From a virus (Duplodnaviria > Caudoviricetes), in IMG/VR virus record IMGVR_UViG_3300049172_000079, positions 1 through 53,176 of that record: 53,176 bases of DNA; one strand, given 5' to 3'. Made by a program: the position numbers and the translations under genes. The number at the start of each line of letters is the position of its first letter. The first letter of the stretch is position 1. Under the pieces are notes generated by a model that saw nothing but the letters and a program-made list of their open reading frames with translations, ran no database searches and was not told the origin of the DNA. This document shows, piece after piece, positions 1-8,991 of this stretch.

Positions 1-42
1 GGCGGAGTTCGTCGGGCATGGGGGCGCCGGGCTGGCGGGCGG

Positions 43-291
43 TCACGGGGTGGTGCCGTTGATGAGGCGGGCAACTGCGGTGGCGGTCTCCCACAGGGGG
101 TAGCCGGGCTCGTGCTCGCGGAAGGGGGCGAGCCAGGCGAGGGCGTTGGCGGTGGCTTCCAGCCAGTCGGCGACCGGGTCGGCGAGTCCGGCGAGGCGGC
201 CGGTGATCTCGGGCGCGACGTCGCGGAGGGTGTCGGCTGCCTGCTGGAGTTCAGCGGCCTGGGGCCAGGTGGTGCGGCGCTCGACGGTCAT
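43..291 (-). CDS. Hypothetical phage protein
   Basis: 82-aa ORF whose ATG overlaps the upstream TGA. Confidence 0.65.
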   Translation of the reverse strand: MTVERRTTWPQAAELQQAADTLRDVAPEITGRLAGLADPVADWLEATANALAWLAPFREHEPGYPLWETATAVARLINGTTP

Positions 292-1034
292 GCGGTCTCC
301 TCGATGATTTCGGCGTCGGTGATGTCCTCGGCCTGGCGGGCGAGGTAGCGGGCGGACGCTTCACGGATCCGCTGTTCCTCGGCGGCGCGCTGTTCCGGGG
401 TCTGCTGGGGTTCGCCGGCGGCGGCGCGGATACGGACGGCGTGCGGCTTGGTGAGCGGCTTGCCGAGGGGGTGCTTGCGGGTGGCGTGGGGGCCTTTGCA
501 GGGGTGGCCGAGTTCGGCGCGGCAGGCGGGGCACTGGATACCGAGGGGGCCGGAGCGGCGGACGGTGTCGATCAGTTCGACCTCGGCGTCGTCGCTGTCG
601 GGGACGGCGCGGTTGCCTTCCCAGCCGCGGGCCTCCAGCTCCTTCATGAACGCCTTGGTGGGGCCGCCTTCGAGCGCGAGCCGGCCGGTGGGGGCGGCGA
701 CCGCGCCGGAGGCGATGGCGCGGACTTGGCCGCGGTATCGGGCGAGGTACTCCTCGACGGTCTCGTCGCCGACGGGCTCGTACTGGAAGTTCTCCAGCCG
801 GGCGTTGCGGATCTTCGTGCGGAGCGTGCGGATGTGGTGCGGGAGGATCCACAGCCGCTCGTTCGGGTTCTGCGGGGCCGTCGTGTAGTAGGCGGCGACA
901 GCGTTCCGGGCGTCAGAGTCGAGGGGCACGTCGTGGAGGGCGGAGGCCCACGCGGTTGCGGCGGCGAGGGAGGGCTGCCGGTTGTCGAAGGCAGCTGCGT
1001 GGCCGAGGAGCTCGGCAGCCTCGTCGGGGTTCAT
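288..1034 (-). CDS. Replication-associated protein (helicase loader/inhibitor-like N-terminus, CxxC zinc-finger C-terminus)
   Basis: Start MNPDEAAELL, coupled to the upstream gene; CPAC...PC...H motif; lies just downstream of the initiator. Confidence 0.55.
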   Translation of the reverse strand: MNPDEAAELLGHAAAFDNRQPSLAAATAWASALHDVPLDSDARNAVAAYYTTAPQNPNERLWILPHHIRTLRTKIRNARLENFQYEPVGDETVEEYLARYRGQVRAIASGAVAAPTGRLALEGGPTKAFMKELEARGWEGNRAVPDSDDAEVELIDTVRRSGPLGIQCPACRAELGHPCKGPHATRKHPLGKPLTKPHAVRIRAAAGEPQQTPEQRAAEEQRIREASARYLARQAEDITDAEIIEETA

Positions 1035-1249
1035 CGGTCGTCCCCTGCGGGCTCGGCACCGCAATGGGGGCAGGTCTGGGCTTCGAGGTCGACGCAGACG
1101 ATGCAGTCGTGGCCGACGCCGTCGGACACCTCGGGTGTGTCGCTGACGTCGAAGCCGCAGAGGGCGGTGTCGGGGTCGCAGCAGAAAACGTGCGTGGTGT
1201 CGTTGTCGAAGCCGGTCGTCCCAGCGTCGGGGGCGAGGGCGGTGTTCAT
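1031..1249 (-). CDS. Small Cys-rich hypothetical protein
   Basis: HxxCC, CxxC, CxxC; overlaps both neighbours by 4 nt. Confidence 0.6.
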   Translation of the reverse strand: MNTALAPDAGTTGFDNDTTHVFCCDPDTALCGFDVSDTPEVSDGVGHDCIVCVDLEAQTCPHCGAEPAGDDR

Positions 1250-2043
1250 GCGGAGTCTCCTTGATCGCGGAGTTGGGCGGCGATGGCGGCCCAGCCGGCG
1301 ACCTTCGCGTCGGTGCCGGTGAGGGTCTGGCCGGAGGGGAGGGCGATGACGTTGCCGCTGGGCTTGCGGAGTTCGGCGAGGGCGAACTGGAGGGTGCCGC
1401 CGGTGACGGGTTTGGAGAGGTCACCGATGCGGGCGAGGGCTGCCCGGAGTTCGTCCGCCTGGATGCCGTTGGTGAGGGCGTCGGCGATCGCTCGGCGGAT
1501 GGTGTGCTTCCCCTGGGCGGTGCGCTGGCCGTAGGTGCCCCACCACTCGTCGAAGAGGTCGTCGGAGGGGGTGCGCTCGGCGCGGCGTGCGGGGAGGTTC
1601 CTCTGACGGTTCTCTGTTGGTTCGTTGAAGGGTTCGGGTGAACTTTGGACGGGGTTTCTGGTCTCAAAGTTCGGGGTTTCTGCTTCAAAGTTCGGGGTTT
1701 CGGGCGCAGAGTTCGGGGTTTCTGCGGTCGATTCCCCGTCGTTCTGACGGGGTTCCTCACCAGTAACCCCGTCAGATGTGCGGGGTTTCGGGACGATGCG
1801 GTACCGGTTCGAGCGGTGCCGGCCGCCGCCGTTCTCGACGTCCAGCTCCCCGAGCTCGGCGAGCGCGGCGATGGCCTTCTGGACCGCGCGGGGGCTGAGC
1901 TTCGTGCGTTCGGCAAGGTCATCAATGGACGGCCAGCAGTAGCCGTTGTCGTCGGCCCGGTCGGCCAGCGCGAGCATGACGAGCCGGGCCCCGTTGCGGG
2001 ACTCGGACCGGGACCACACCCAGTTGGTGACCTTGAAGCTCAC
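1246..2043 (-). CDS. Phage replication initiator with N-terminal winged HTH
   Basis: RLVMLALADRADDNGYCWPSIDDLAERTKLSPRAVQKAI...SNRY is typical of HTH_36-type initiators; gene contains internal repeats. Confidence 0.8.
   Translation of the reverse strand: MSFKVTNWVWSRSESRNGARLVMLALADRADDNGYCWPSIDDLAERTKLSPRAVQKAIAALAELGELDVENGGGRHRSNRYRIVPKPRTSDGVTGEEPRQNDGESTAETPNSAPETPNFEAETPNFETRNPVQSSPEPFNEPTENRQRNLPARRAERTPSDDLFDEWWGTYGQRTAQGKHTIRRAIADALTNGIQADELRAALARIGDLSKPVTGGTLQFALAELRKPSGNVIALPSGQTLTGTDAKVAGWAAIAAQLRDQGDSA
1664..1722. repeat. Three 21-bp-period direct repeats (core AGTTCGGGGTTTC), putative origin iterons
   Basis: Copies at 1664, 1685 and 1706; partial CGGGGTTTC copies near 1650 and 1781. 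Confidence 0.7.
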
Positions 2044-2123
2044 GGGATCTCATTTCGCGTTCGTGCTGGTCGGGGAGCCGGAGCGGGCGGCCGAGGCCGC
2101 CCTGGGCTACGGAGGTGTCCGGA

Positions 2124-2621
2124 TCATTCGCGTACGGGGAACTCCGGGGCCGGCGGCGGGACAGGGCCCGGGAACTGCTCGGGCGCCGCGAGTAGCGCGG
2201 CCAGTTCGCTGACGAGCTCGGGCGGCATGGCCCGGTGCAGCTCGGCAGCGATCGCCTTGGCGCCGTCGTCGAACTTGATCAGCGCTTGCTTGCGCGGCTT
2301 CAGGCCCTGCCGGTTGAAGCGCGGGCGCTCGGCGCGGATCGCCGCCGTCTCCGCCTTCAGCGCCTCCTCGTAGGAGTCGTAGAAGGAGACGGCCACGTAC
2401 TCCGCGACCGACCACCAGGCAGAGCTTCTGCGGTGGTCGGACCAGCGCAGGGCGCTGCCCGTCGACACACCGATGTACAGCGGCTGCTGATCTGCCGCGT
2501 AGAAGCGGTAGACGAAGGGGTCGACGAGCCAGTAGGTGCCTTGCTCCTCGCGCGTCATCAGGTCCCGCGTGGGTGCGTCGCGGTCGAGGGGTCTGACGGG
2601 GAAGTGCCGTGGTTCGTTCAC
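2124..2621 (-). CDS. GIY-YIG family nuclease
   Basis: VYRFY...LYIG...RW..H...E..AI..E.PRFN motif; GTG start 7 nt after a TATTCT -10-like box. Confidence 0.8.
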   Translation of the reverse strand: MNEPRHFPVRPLDRDAPTRDLMTREEQGTYWLVDPFVYRFYAADQQPLYIGVSTGSALRWSDHRRSSAWWSVAEYVAVSFYDSYEEALKAETAAIRAERPRFNRQGLKPRKQALIKFDDGAKAIAAELHRAMPPELVSELAALLAAPEQFPGPVPPPAPEFPVRE

Positions 2622-2703
2622 AAGAATGAGAATACCGTTCGCGATCGCGCTTCGCGACCCCGATCGGCGAACGCGTAGCGCGACCGTGACAAGCTGTGCC
2701 ACC

Positions 2704-2952
2704 ATGAGCGCCATGGACGACCTCGACATGGAGATTCAGGCCGCAGCGAAGAAGCGCGCGCGGGCCGAGCAGGCCTTCAACGCCGCTGACGTCGAGCTGC
2801 GGCAACTCCTGGTCAGAGGCCGAGCGGAGGGCAAGGGGCCGTCGCACATGGCGAAGCTGACGGGCTTCACCCGCGAGTGGGTCGCGAAGATCGCCCCGGA
2901 TCCCAAGCGGCAGCGCGACATCAACGCGGCCCGGAACATCGCCGAGTCCTGA
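2704..2952 (+). CDS. Small HTH DNA-binding protein
   Basis: GPSHMAKLTGFTREWVAKI helix-turn-helix; divergent from the GIY-YIG gene. Confidence 0.7.
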   Translation: MSAMDDLDMEIQAAAKKRARAEQAFNAADVELRQLLVRGRAEGKGPSHMAKLTGFTREWVAKIAPDPKRQRDINAARNIAES

Positions 2953-3015
2953 CACGGTCCCCTCCCCTCTGGTCTCCTGGCCCCGCACCGGTGTGCGGGG
3001 CCTTGTGCTGCGTGG

Positions 3016-3234
3016 TCAGCGGGTGTTGCGTCGAAGTGCGCTGCGGTCGTAGGTGCCGGGTCGGCGGATCGTGATGCGGGCCTTGATGAGCAGCACCCGT
3101 GTGCTCTCGTACGGCCGGCCGATCTCCCGGGCTATCTGCTGGATGGTGTGGCCGCTCGTGTAGAGGTCGATGGCCTGTTCGGTGAGGCGGCGGCGTTCTT
3201 CGCCCTTCAGGTGGGGGCGGCCTTTGTTGCTCAT
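3016..3234 (-). CDS. HTH DNA-binding protein
   Basis: LYTSGHTIQQIAREIGRPYESTRVLL. Confidence 0.75.
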   Translation of the reverse strand: MSNKGRPHLKGEERRRLTEQAIDLYTSGHTIQQIAREIGRPYESTRVLLIKARITIRRPGTYDRSALRRNTR

Positions 3235-3371
3235 CAGGCGCGCTTCCAGGTGACGGTGCCGCGCTCGACGTAGCCGGAGGCGCGGCTCTCACCGGTGGGG
3301 TCGTTCATCGTGTTCTCCTTGGGGTTGGCGCCCCGCCGGATTCCGCCCGGCGGGGCGCTGTTGGTGGGCGG

Positions 3372-3698
3372 TCAGCGGTAGTTGTGGATGAGCAGCCAGG
3401 CGGGCGCCGGGTGGTCGGTCAGGCCGAGGCGGACAGCGACGTAGTCCAGGGCTGCGTCCCAGTCGGCGAGCTCGGCGACCGACGCCATGTCGGCCGTGAT
3501 GCGGAGGACGGTGTTCTCCGGGATCTGGCGGAACCGGGTGCAGAGGATCGCCTTGTCCCGGTCGCCGACGACGGTGTAGCCGACGGCGTCGGGGGCGTCG
3601 TTACGTTCCTCGCCGAGTGCTCGGTCGAGCTGTCCGAGGTCGGTGTCGGCGGGGATTTCGAAGCCGTAGGCGAGGGTGGTCGAGTGGTAGAGGCCCAT
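3372..3698 (-). CDS. Hypothetical protein (paralog of 3790..4113)
   Basis: GGAG RBS; MGLYHSTTLAYGFEIP. Confidence 0.75.
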   Translation of the reverse strand: MGLYHSTTLAYGFEIPADTDLGQLDRALGEERNDAPDAVGYTVVGDRDKAILCTRFRQIPENTVLRITADMASVAELADWDAALDYVAVRLGLTDHPAPAWLLIHNYR

Positions 3699-3789
3699 GT
3701 CGTGTCTCCTGGTCAGTGGCCGATGAGTGCCGAGCAGGCGCGGCAGTGGCCGGCGTTCGGCGGGACAGGCGCGTTGCAGCGGGGGCAGG

Positions 3790-4113
3790 TCATGACAGGT
3801 CCGGTACGAGGAGCCATCCCGGCTCTGGGTGGTCGGCGTGCCCGAGCTTCTCGGCCGCCGCGTGCAGCGCCGTGTTCCAGGCGGTCACCTCGTACCGCTG
3901 GAATTGGTCGGGGGTGATGGTCTTGAACTCGCCGAGGTCGACCTCGTGGCACTCGGTGGTCAGGAACGTCATGTCGCGGTCGTAGTCACCGGCGTGGAGA
4001 TAGCCGACGCGATGCGCGTCGGACTGATTCGCGAGGGCGGCTTCGAGGGCCTCGCCGTCGGTGTCGGGGATCTGGAAGCCGTAGGCGAGGTACGTGGAGT
4101 GGTACATGCCCAT
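3790..4113 (-). CDS. Hypothetical protein (paralog of 3372..3698)
   Basis: MGMYHSTYLAYGFQIP; AAAGGA RBS. Confidence 0.75.
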   Translation of the reverse strand: MGMYHSTYLAYGFQIPDTDGEALEAALANQSDAHRVGYLHAGDYDRDMTFLTTECHEVDLGEFKTITPDQFQRYEVTAWNTALHAAAEKLGHADHPEPGWLLVPDLS

Positions 4114-4282
4114 CAGGTGGGTTCCTTTCGTGCGGCCCTCTGTGGGGCCGGGAGTCCGGGTGGTGGTTCGGGTAGGTCGCGGGCCCGCCACGGGGCGTGT
4201 GTGGAGCAGCGGGGCCCGCAGGGGTAGGGGCGGACGGGCCCGCCATGCGCCGCGGGGATGTCGCAGACGGGCCCCTCAGCGG

Positions 4283-4933
4283 TCATGAGGCGAGGTCGTC
4301 GACCGCGTACTGCTCCCGGGCCGCGGCCCGAGCGGCGGCCAGTTCCTCGGCCTGCTTCCGCTGGTACCGCTCCTCGTTGTCGGCGAGGTGCCGCGGGTTG
4401 ACGCACTCGGTGACCGGGCAGGCCGGCAGGCGGCGGACGATGCCGACCGCCTTGTGCCCGCGGTCGAGGAGGAACGACAGCTGCTTCGGCGTGTAGACGT
4501 GGCCGTCGAAGGAGAAGCTGCCGCTGTCGCCCTTCCAGCCGATGTGCCCGCCGGGCAGGTCGTGGGTGCGGTCTTCCCACAGGTCACGGATCGAGTTGAT
4601 CGGGTTGAGTTCCTGGCGCAGGGAGCTGAGGACGAGGTTCCGGACGCTGGCGAGCTTGTCGAAGGCCTCGGTGCGGTGCCTCTTGACGAGGGTGGTGCGC
4701 TGGCCTTCGGACAGGCCGCCCCACACGCCGTCGTCCTGGCGGGTGCGGAGGGCGAACTGGGCGCACTGGAACATGACGGGGCACGCAAAGCAGTAGCCCT
4801 TAGCGGCCTTGATGGCGTGGCCGTTCGTCGCGCTGGGGAACCAGCCCTCGGGGTCCTGCTCGCGGCAGGCTCCCTGGTCGCGCCAGTCCGCCTTACGCTT
4901 CGTCTCGGGAACGGATCCGGTGTGGTGGGTCAT
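4283..4933 (-). CDS. whiB: WhiB-family Fe-S regulator fused to a degenerate HNH-like domain
   Basis: WRDQGAC...WFP...CFACPVMFQC...GVWGG; C-terminal GHIGWKG...CPVTECVNPRHL. Confidence 0.88.
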   Translation of the reverse strand: MTHHTGSVPETKRKADWRDQGACREQDPEGWFPSATNGHAIKAAKGYCFACPVMFQCAQFALRTRQDDGVWGGLSEGQRTTLVKRHRTEAFDKLASVRNLVLSSLRQELNPINSIRDLWEDRTHDLPGGHIGWKGDSGSFSFDGHVYTPKQLSFLLDRGHKAVGIVRRLPACPVTECVNPRHLADNEERYQRKQAEELAAARAAAREQYAVDDLAS

Positions 4934-5817
4934 GCTGCTGCTCCGAAGATCGCGGTGTACTGGGTGCGCAGGGCCTCACGCATTGGCTGGTCCTCGACGT
5001 GCTCCGGGGCAACGCAGCTGACGTAGCCACAGCCCGGCAGGACGCGGCCGACCGGTTCGCGCTGGTTGGCGATGCGGAAGGCGAGCCGGCGGCCCATGTA
5101 GTTGTGGCCGCAGTACATGAACACCGGCGTGGTGCCGTCCCGCAGGGAGCCAGTCCATTCGAGGTGGCCGCCCGTGGTGGGCTTGGTGAACGTGCGCCAC
5201 TTCTGTTCGAGAGTCAGGGACGGCTTCCGCTTGCTCTTCGGCAGGCCAAGCTCGGAACGGATGCGGCTGACGCGTCGGGTGGCGGTGCTCAGGGCGCGGG
5301 CGATGTACCGGTCCGAGTGGCCCTCCTGAAGGAGGGCGATGATGTCCGCGCGGGACGGCCCGACTGAGCGGGGTGCCCGGTTCGGGAACGACCGCTTTCG
5401 TGCGCGGCGCATCACGGTGTCCTCGACGTGCGCCCCAGCGACGCAGCCCTCGGTGTCGCACCCGGGGTAGACGATGCCCTGAGGGTCGCGGCCGTGGTGG
5501 AGGCGGAACGCGACTCGGTACGCGGACTCCATGGAGCGGCAGTGCTTGATCATGGGTGCGTGGCCGCCGGTGCGGAGGCCGGTCCACTCGACGTGCCCGT
5601 CGGCGCGGGGGACCGCGTGCGCGCGGTAGGCGTCCTCGACGCTGGCGTAGGCGGGCGGCTGGCCCTGTCGTGGCGCGGGGAGGCCGAGCGTCTTGCGAAC
5701 GTTGCCGACGGTGGGCCTGCTGACGCCGAGTTGGCGGGCGATGGCGGACTCGGTCATGTCACCACGTCGCAGCAGCGCGGCGATCTCCTCACGGGACACG
5801 GGCAGCGGGCGGGGCAT
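4930..5817 (-). CDS. Protein with two tandem HTH plus degenerate HNH-like modules
   Basis: Two repeats of HTH followed by GHxEWTG...R.AF...V.PGC....CVA..HVED. Confidence 0.7.
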   Translation of the reverse strand: MPRPLPVSREEIAALLRRGDMTESAIARQLGVSRPTVGNVRKTLGLPAPRQGQPPAYASVEDAYRAHAVPRADGHVEWTGLRTGGHAPMIKHCRSMESAYRVAFRLHHGRDPQGIVYPGCDTEGCVAGAHVEDTVMRRARKRSFPNRAPRSVGPSRADIIALLQEGHSDRYIARALSTATRRVSRIRSELGLPKSKRKPSLTLEQKWRTFTKPTTGGHLEWTGSLRDGTTPVFMYCGHNYMGRRLAFRIANQREPVGRVLPGCGYVSCVAPEHVEDQPMREALRTQYTAIFGAAA

Positions 5818-6197
5818 CAGGCGGCCTCGCCCTCGTCGTCGACGGGGATGGTCGTCTGGATGTCGAGGGCGCGGGCGAGGAGCTGCGTGAACTGGGCGCC
5901 AGTCATGGTGACGTAGCCGTCCGCGGCCGAGCCCTTACCCTTCCGCTTGTGCCATACGACGCCGAGCCACGCGCCGTCATTCGTGCGCTCCAACTCGGTC
6001 TCGGCGATCCACTCCGCCAGGCGCGCCGTGGCGGTGTTCTTCGCCTCGATGACGACGCCGACCACGCCGGCGATGTCCCCGCGGTCCTTCGTCGATCCGG
6101 CGAGGCGCCGTTCGGCGAACGGCCAGCCCGCGGCCTTGAGGTGTTCGACGATGGCGCGCTCCCACGCGCTGCCCTTCGCCTTGTTGCGGTTGGTCAC
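5817..6197 (-). CDS. Holliday junction resolvase (PD-(D/E)XK, archaeal Hjc-like)
   Basis: NKAKGSAWER...DRGDI...IEAKN. Confidence 0.8.
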   Translation of the reverse strand: MTNRNKAKGSAWERAIVEHLKAAGWPFAERRLAGSTKDRGDIAGVVGVVIEAKNTATARLAEWIAETELERTNDGAWLGVVWHKRKGKGSAADGYVTMTGAQFTQLLARALDIQTTIPVDDEGEAA

Positions 6198-6430
6198 TGG
6201 TTTCCCCCGGGAACGGTGAGGTGGCCTTCTGTGCAGGTGTGGGCGCCGCCCGGGTGGAGGACGGCCGCGGTCTCCACGCCGCAGGTGGGGCAGTGGCGGA
6301 AGCCTTGGGTGGCGATCGCGCCGTACGGTGCGGGCGGGAACGTCGCCCCGCGGTGCTGGCCGGTGGGCCACACCAGTTGGGCGGCCCAGCGGAGCGGGCG
6401 GGGCAGGGCGAGAACCTGGGTACGGGTCAC
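6194..6430 (-). CDS. Small Zn-ribbon hypothetical protein
   Basis: CPTC...C..H; coupled to neighbours. Confidence 0.55.
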   Translation of the reverse strand: MTRTQVLALPRPLRWAAQLVWPTGQHRGATFPPAPYGAIATQGFRHCPTCGVETAAVLHPGGAHTCTEGHLTVPGGNQ

Positions 6431-6786
6431 GACGCCGCCCCCTCAACGGCGGCCTCGCGGAGCTCGCGGACCTCGCGGGTGAGCTGGACGTTGATGCCGA
6501 TCAGCTCCGACCGGTCCGCGTCCAGCGCACGGCGCGCCTTCTCCGACAGGTTCAGCTGCTGCCGCAGTCGAACCACCTCCGGCGACGGCGCCGGGTAGTT
6601 GAGCGGCGCGTCCGGCTTTGCGTCGCGGAGCTGCTCGATTGCGGCGAGCCGCTGGTCAGCGAGTTCCTGTGCAGCGTCACGCTGCTGCCAGAACTCGTCC
6701 TTCACCTGCTTCACGCGGCGGGTCTCGGCGCGCTCGGCGGCGAGGTCACGGTTGTAGCGGGCACGGGTAACGAACGGGAGTCTCAT
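6427..6786 (-). CDS. Coiled-coil hypothetical protein
   Basis: Start MRLPFVTR with GGAGG RBS; translationally coupled. Confidence 0.6.
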   Translation of the reverse strand: MRLPFVTRARYNRDLAAERAETRRVKQVKDEFWQQRDAAQELADQRLAAIEQLRDAKPDAPLNYPAPSPEVVRLRQQLNLSEKARRALDADRSELIGINVQLTREVRELREAAVEGAAS

Positions 6787-7538
6787 GCGGCACCTCCGGC
6801 GCGCTGGTGGGGAAGCAGGGGCCAATCACCGCGGACGTACTTGGCGCGGTCCTCTTTGCCTGGGGTGCGGCGGAAGTAGTCGGCGAGGGACTCCGCCTGC
6901 TCGCGCGCCCACTCGGTCTGCTGCTGGTGCAGGTCGTCGATCGACGCGGCGCCGATCTCGGCGTGGGGCGAGGCGATTCGCCACGCGACCCGGCATGCTG
7001 CGATCGCGTCCGCGGCGGCGTCGTGCGCGGCGTCGAGGGGCACCTGCCAGTGGCGGCACAGGTCGGTCAGCGTTCGCTTCCCGCGCCGGTAGGGGTCCAC
7101 GTGCTTGTCGAGGACGAACGGGTCGACCACCCGAAGGTCGTCGCCGACGGTCTCGGCGAGGGGCTGCACGCCGTGGCGGCGGGCCTCGCGGTCCAGCATG
7201 GTCAGGTCGTAGGCGGCGTTCATCGCGACGACCGGGATCCCGGACAGGACGACCGCGGTGAGTGCGGTGACGACCTCCTCGACGACCTCGCCGGCCGGGC
7301 GGCCCTCAGCGCGGGCGCGCTCCGTGGTGATGCCGTGCACCGCGCTGGCGGCCTCGGGGATTTCGATGCCCGGGTTGGCCATCCACGTGGCGGAGGCGGC
7401 GGGCGGTCCGCCGCCGCACTGGACGACGCACGCGGTGACGATCCGGTCTCGCTCGGGGTTGACGCCCGAGGTCTCCAGGTCGAAGCCGGCGAGGCGGCCC
7501 AAGTACCAGGGCGCCTGCTGGTCGGTCTGCTGGTTCAT
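6783..7538 (-). CDS. DnaQ-like (DEDDh) 3'-5' exonuclease
   Basis: FDLETSG, VHGI, NAAYD and AHDAAADA motifs. Confidence 0.9.
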   Translation of the reverse strand: MNQQTDQQAPWYLGRLAGFDLETSGVNPERDRIVTACVVQCGGGPPAASATWMANPGIEIPEAASAVHGITTERARAEGRPAGEVVEEVVTALTAVVLSGIPVVAMNAAYDLTMLDREARRHGVQPLAETVGDDLRVVDPFVLDKHVDPYRRGKRTLTDLCRHWQVPLDAAHDAAADAIAACRVAWRIASPHAEIGAASIDDLHQQQTEWAREQAESLADYFRRTPGKEDRAKYVRGDWPLLPHQRAGGAA

Positions 7539-7600
7539 GTGGTCTCCTGAGCGGGGCCGCCCCGCACTGCCCGCGGGGCGGCCGTCTGCTGGGTGCGGGC

Positions 7601-8236
7601 TTAGAACGGCGGGTCGGACGGGTCAGGGCCGAGGGTGAGTTCGGTGATCCGCTTCTCGATGTCGCCAGTGAGGTCGGCGCCCTCGTTCTTCAGGGCGAAG
7701 GCGATGGTGCGGGCGACGCTCTGGCCACTGCCGTCGCCGAGCAGGGCGCGGGCGAGACGGTCAGCTAGGACCAGGCGGACGGGCTCCGGGACCTCGGCGG
7801 TGACGTCCGGCGTGGGCGCCCACGGGTCGGCCTGGCGTACGGCGGACGCTGGAGCCTGGTACGCGGAGCGCGGGTCCCAGCCGGCTTCTTCGAGCCGATC
7901 GTCGACTAGGTCGTCCACGTTGCAGTGGGCTTCGTCGAGCGCCTTGGAGAGGTCGATCGCTGCCTGCCAGCGGTCCTTCTCTCGGCTGGCCAGACCGTCG
8001 GCGATGTGCGCGGCGACGAGAGTGCGGGTGTCGTTGAGGCGGCAGCGCAGGGAGTAGAGCGCCTCCCGCAGATCGGCGGTCCGGACGGCCTGCTCCTCGT
8101 TGCGGACGAGGGCGGCGTGGCCCTGCCCGATCCACGCGGAGACCTCGGCGATCCGCATGTCCGCGGGGACTTCGGTCAGGTGGCGGGCGGCGTTGGCGAG
8201 GTGCTTCTCGGCTTCGGCGCGGTGGTTGATGCTCAT
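7601..8236 (-). CDS. Hypothetical protein
   Basis: 211-aa coupled ORF with acidic ...DPPF tail. Confidence 0.65.
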   Translation of the reverse strand: MSINHRAEAEKHLANAARHLTEVPADMRIAEVSAWIGQGHAALVRNEEQAVRTADLREALYSLRCRLNDTRTLVAAHIADGLASREKDRWQAAIDLSKALDEAHCNVDDLVDDRLEEAGWDPRSAYQAPASAVRQADPWAPTPDVTAEVPEPVRLVLADRLARALLGDGSGQSVARTIAFALKNEGADLTGDIEKRITELTLGPDPSDPPF

Positions 8237-8991
8237 GCCTCACCACCGGGCTGCACGGTCTCGGGCCAGTCGGTGGAGCCTTCGACGGCTTCGGTGTCCC
8301 ACCGGCCGTCACCGGCGGCGGTGTCCTGCTCGCCGCTGTACGCCTCGGCGGCGGGCTGCTGCGGCACAGCCGGGGCCGGGGCGGTGAGGGCGGCCACCGA
8401 CAGCGGCGCCTTGACCGGCGCGATCTCCCCGTGGACGTAGCCGTCGACTTCCTCAGCCGCGTACGGCAGGCCGTGCAGGGCGTCCGACGCGATCAGCCGG
8501 CAGACCTCGCCGGTTGCGCGGGCCACCAGCATCGTCTTGGGCTGCTTCTTCCACTGGTCTTTGCCCATGAGGCCCATGCGCTGGGCTCGCGGGATGTCCC
8601 ACACGACCTGCTGCCACGACTCGGCGCCCTTCCGGCGGCCTCGCATGATGCAGTGGACGTCGTCGGACTCGACGAGCTCGATGTCGTGCCCCTGAGACTG
8701 GACGATCGCCCGCATGGCGTGCGCCCTCAGGGCGGGCTGCCCCTGGATGACGTCGATGGACTTGAGCGCGGTCATCGGCTGGAGGCCGAGTTCCTGCCCG
8801 GTGAGGATGGCGGCGGTGATCTCGTCGGGCTTGCCGCGGTATGCGCCGGCGAAGCTGGTGTTGGCGAGGGACTGGGCGACGAGGTTGGCCTGGCGGGCGG
8901 ACTCGACCCACTGCATGAGCTCGTTGGCGGGCTGCTGCGGGGTGGCGGTGGCGACGGCTTGTTCGTCGCGGTGGGCGATCTCAGTACTCAC
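8233..8991 (-). CDS. RecT-like single-strand annealing protein
   Basis: AAILTGQELGLQPM...IDVIQG.P...W...P..ML.ARA; directly downstream of the RecE-like gene. Confidence 0.7.
   Translation of the reverse strand: MSTEIAHRDEQAVATATPQQPANELMQWVESARQANLVAQSLANTSFAGAYRGKPDEITAAILTGQELGLQPMTALKSIDVIQGQPALRAHAMRAIVQSQGHDIELVESDDVHCIMRGRRKGAESWQQVVWDIPRAQRMGLMGKDQWKKQPKTMLVARATGEVCRLIASDALHGLPYAAEEVDGYVHGEIAPVKAPLSVAALTAPAPAVPQQPAAEAYSGEQDTAAGDGRWDTEAVEGSTDWPETVQPGGEA

Noticed and set aside
288-1925. 545-aa ORF as a single protein
   Set aside because: The upstream part overlaps the initiator in another frame; the plausible start is 1034.
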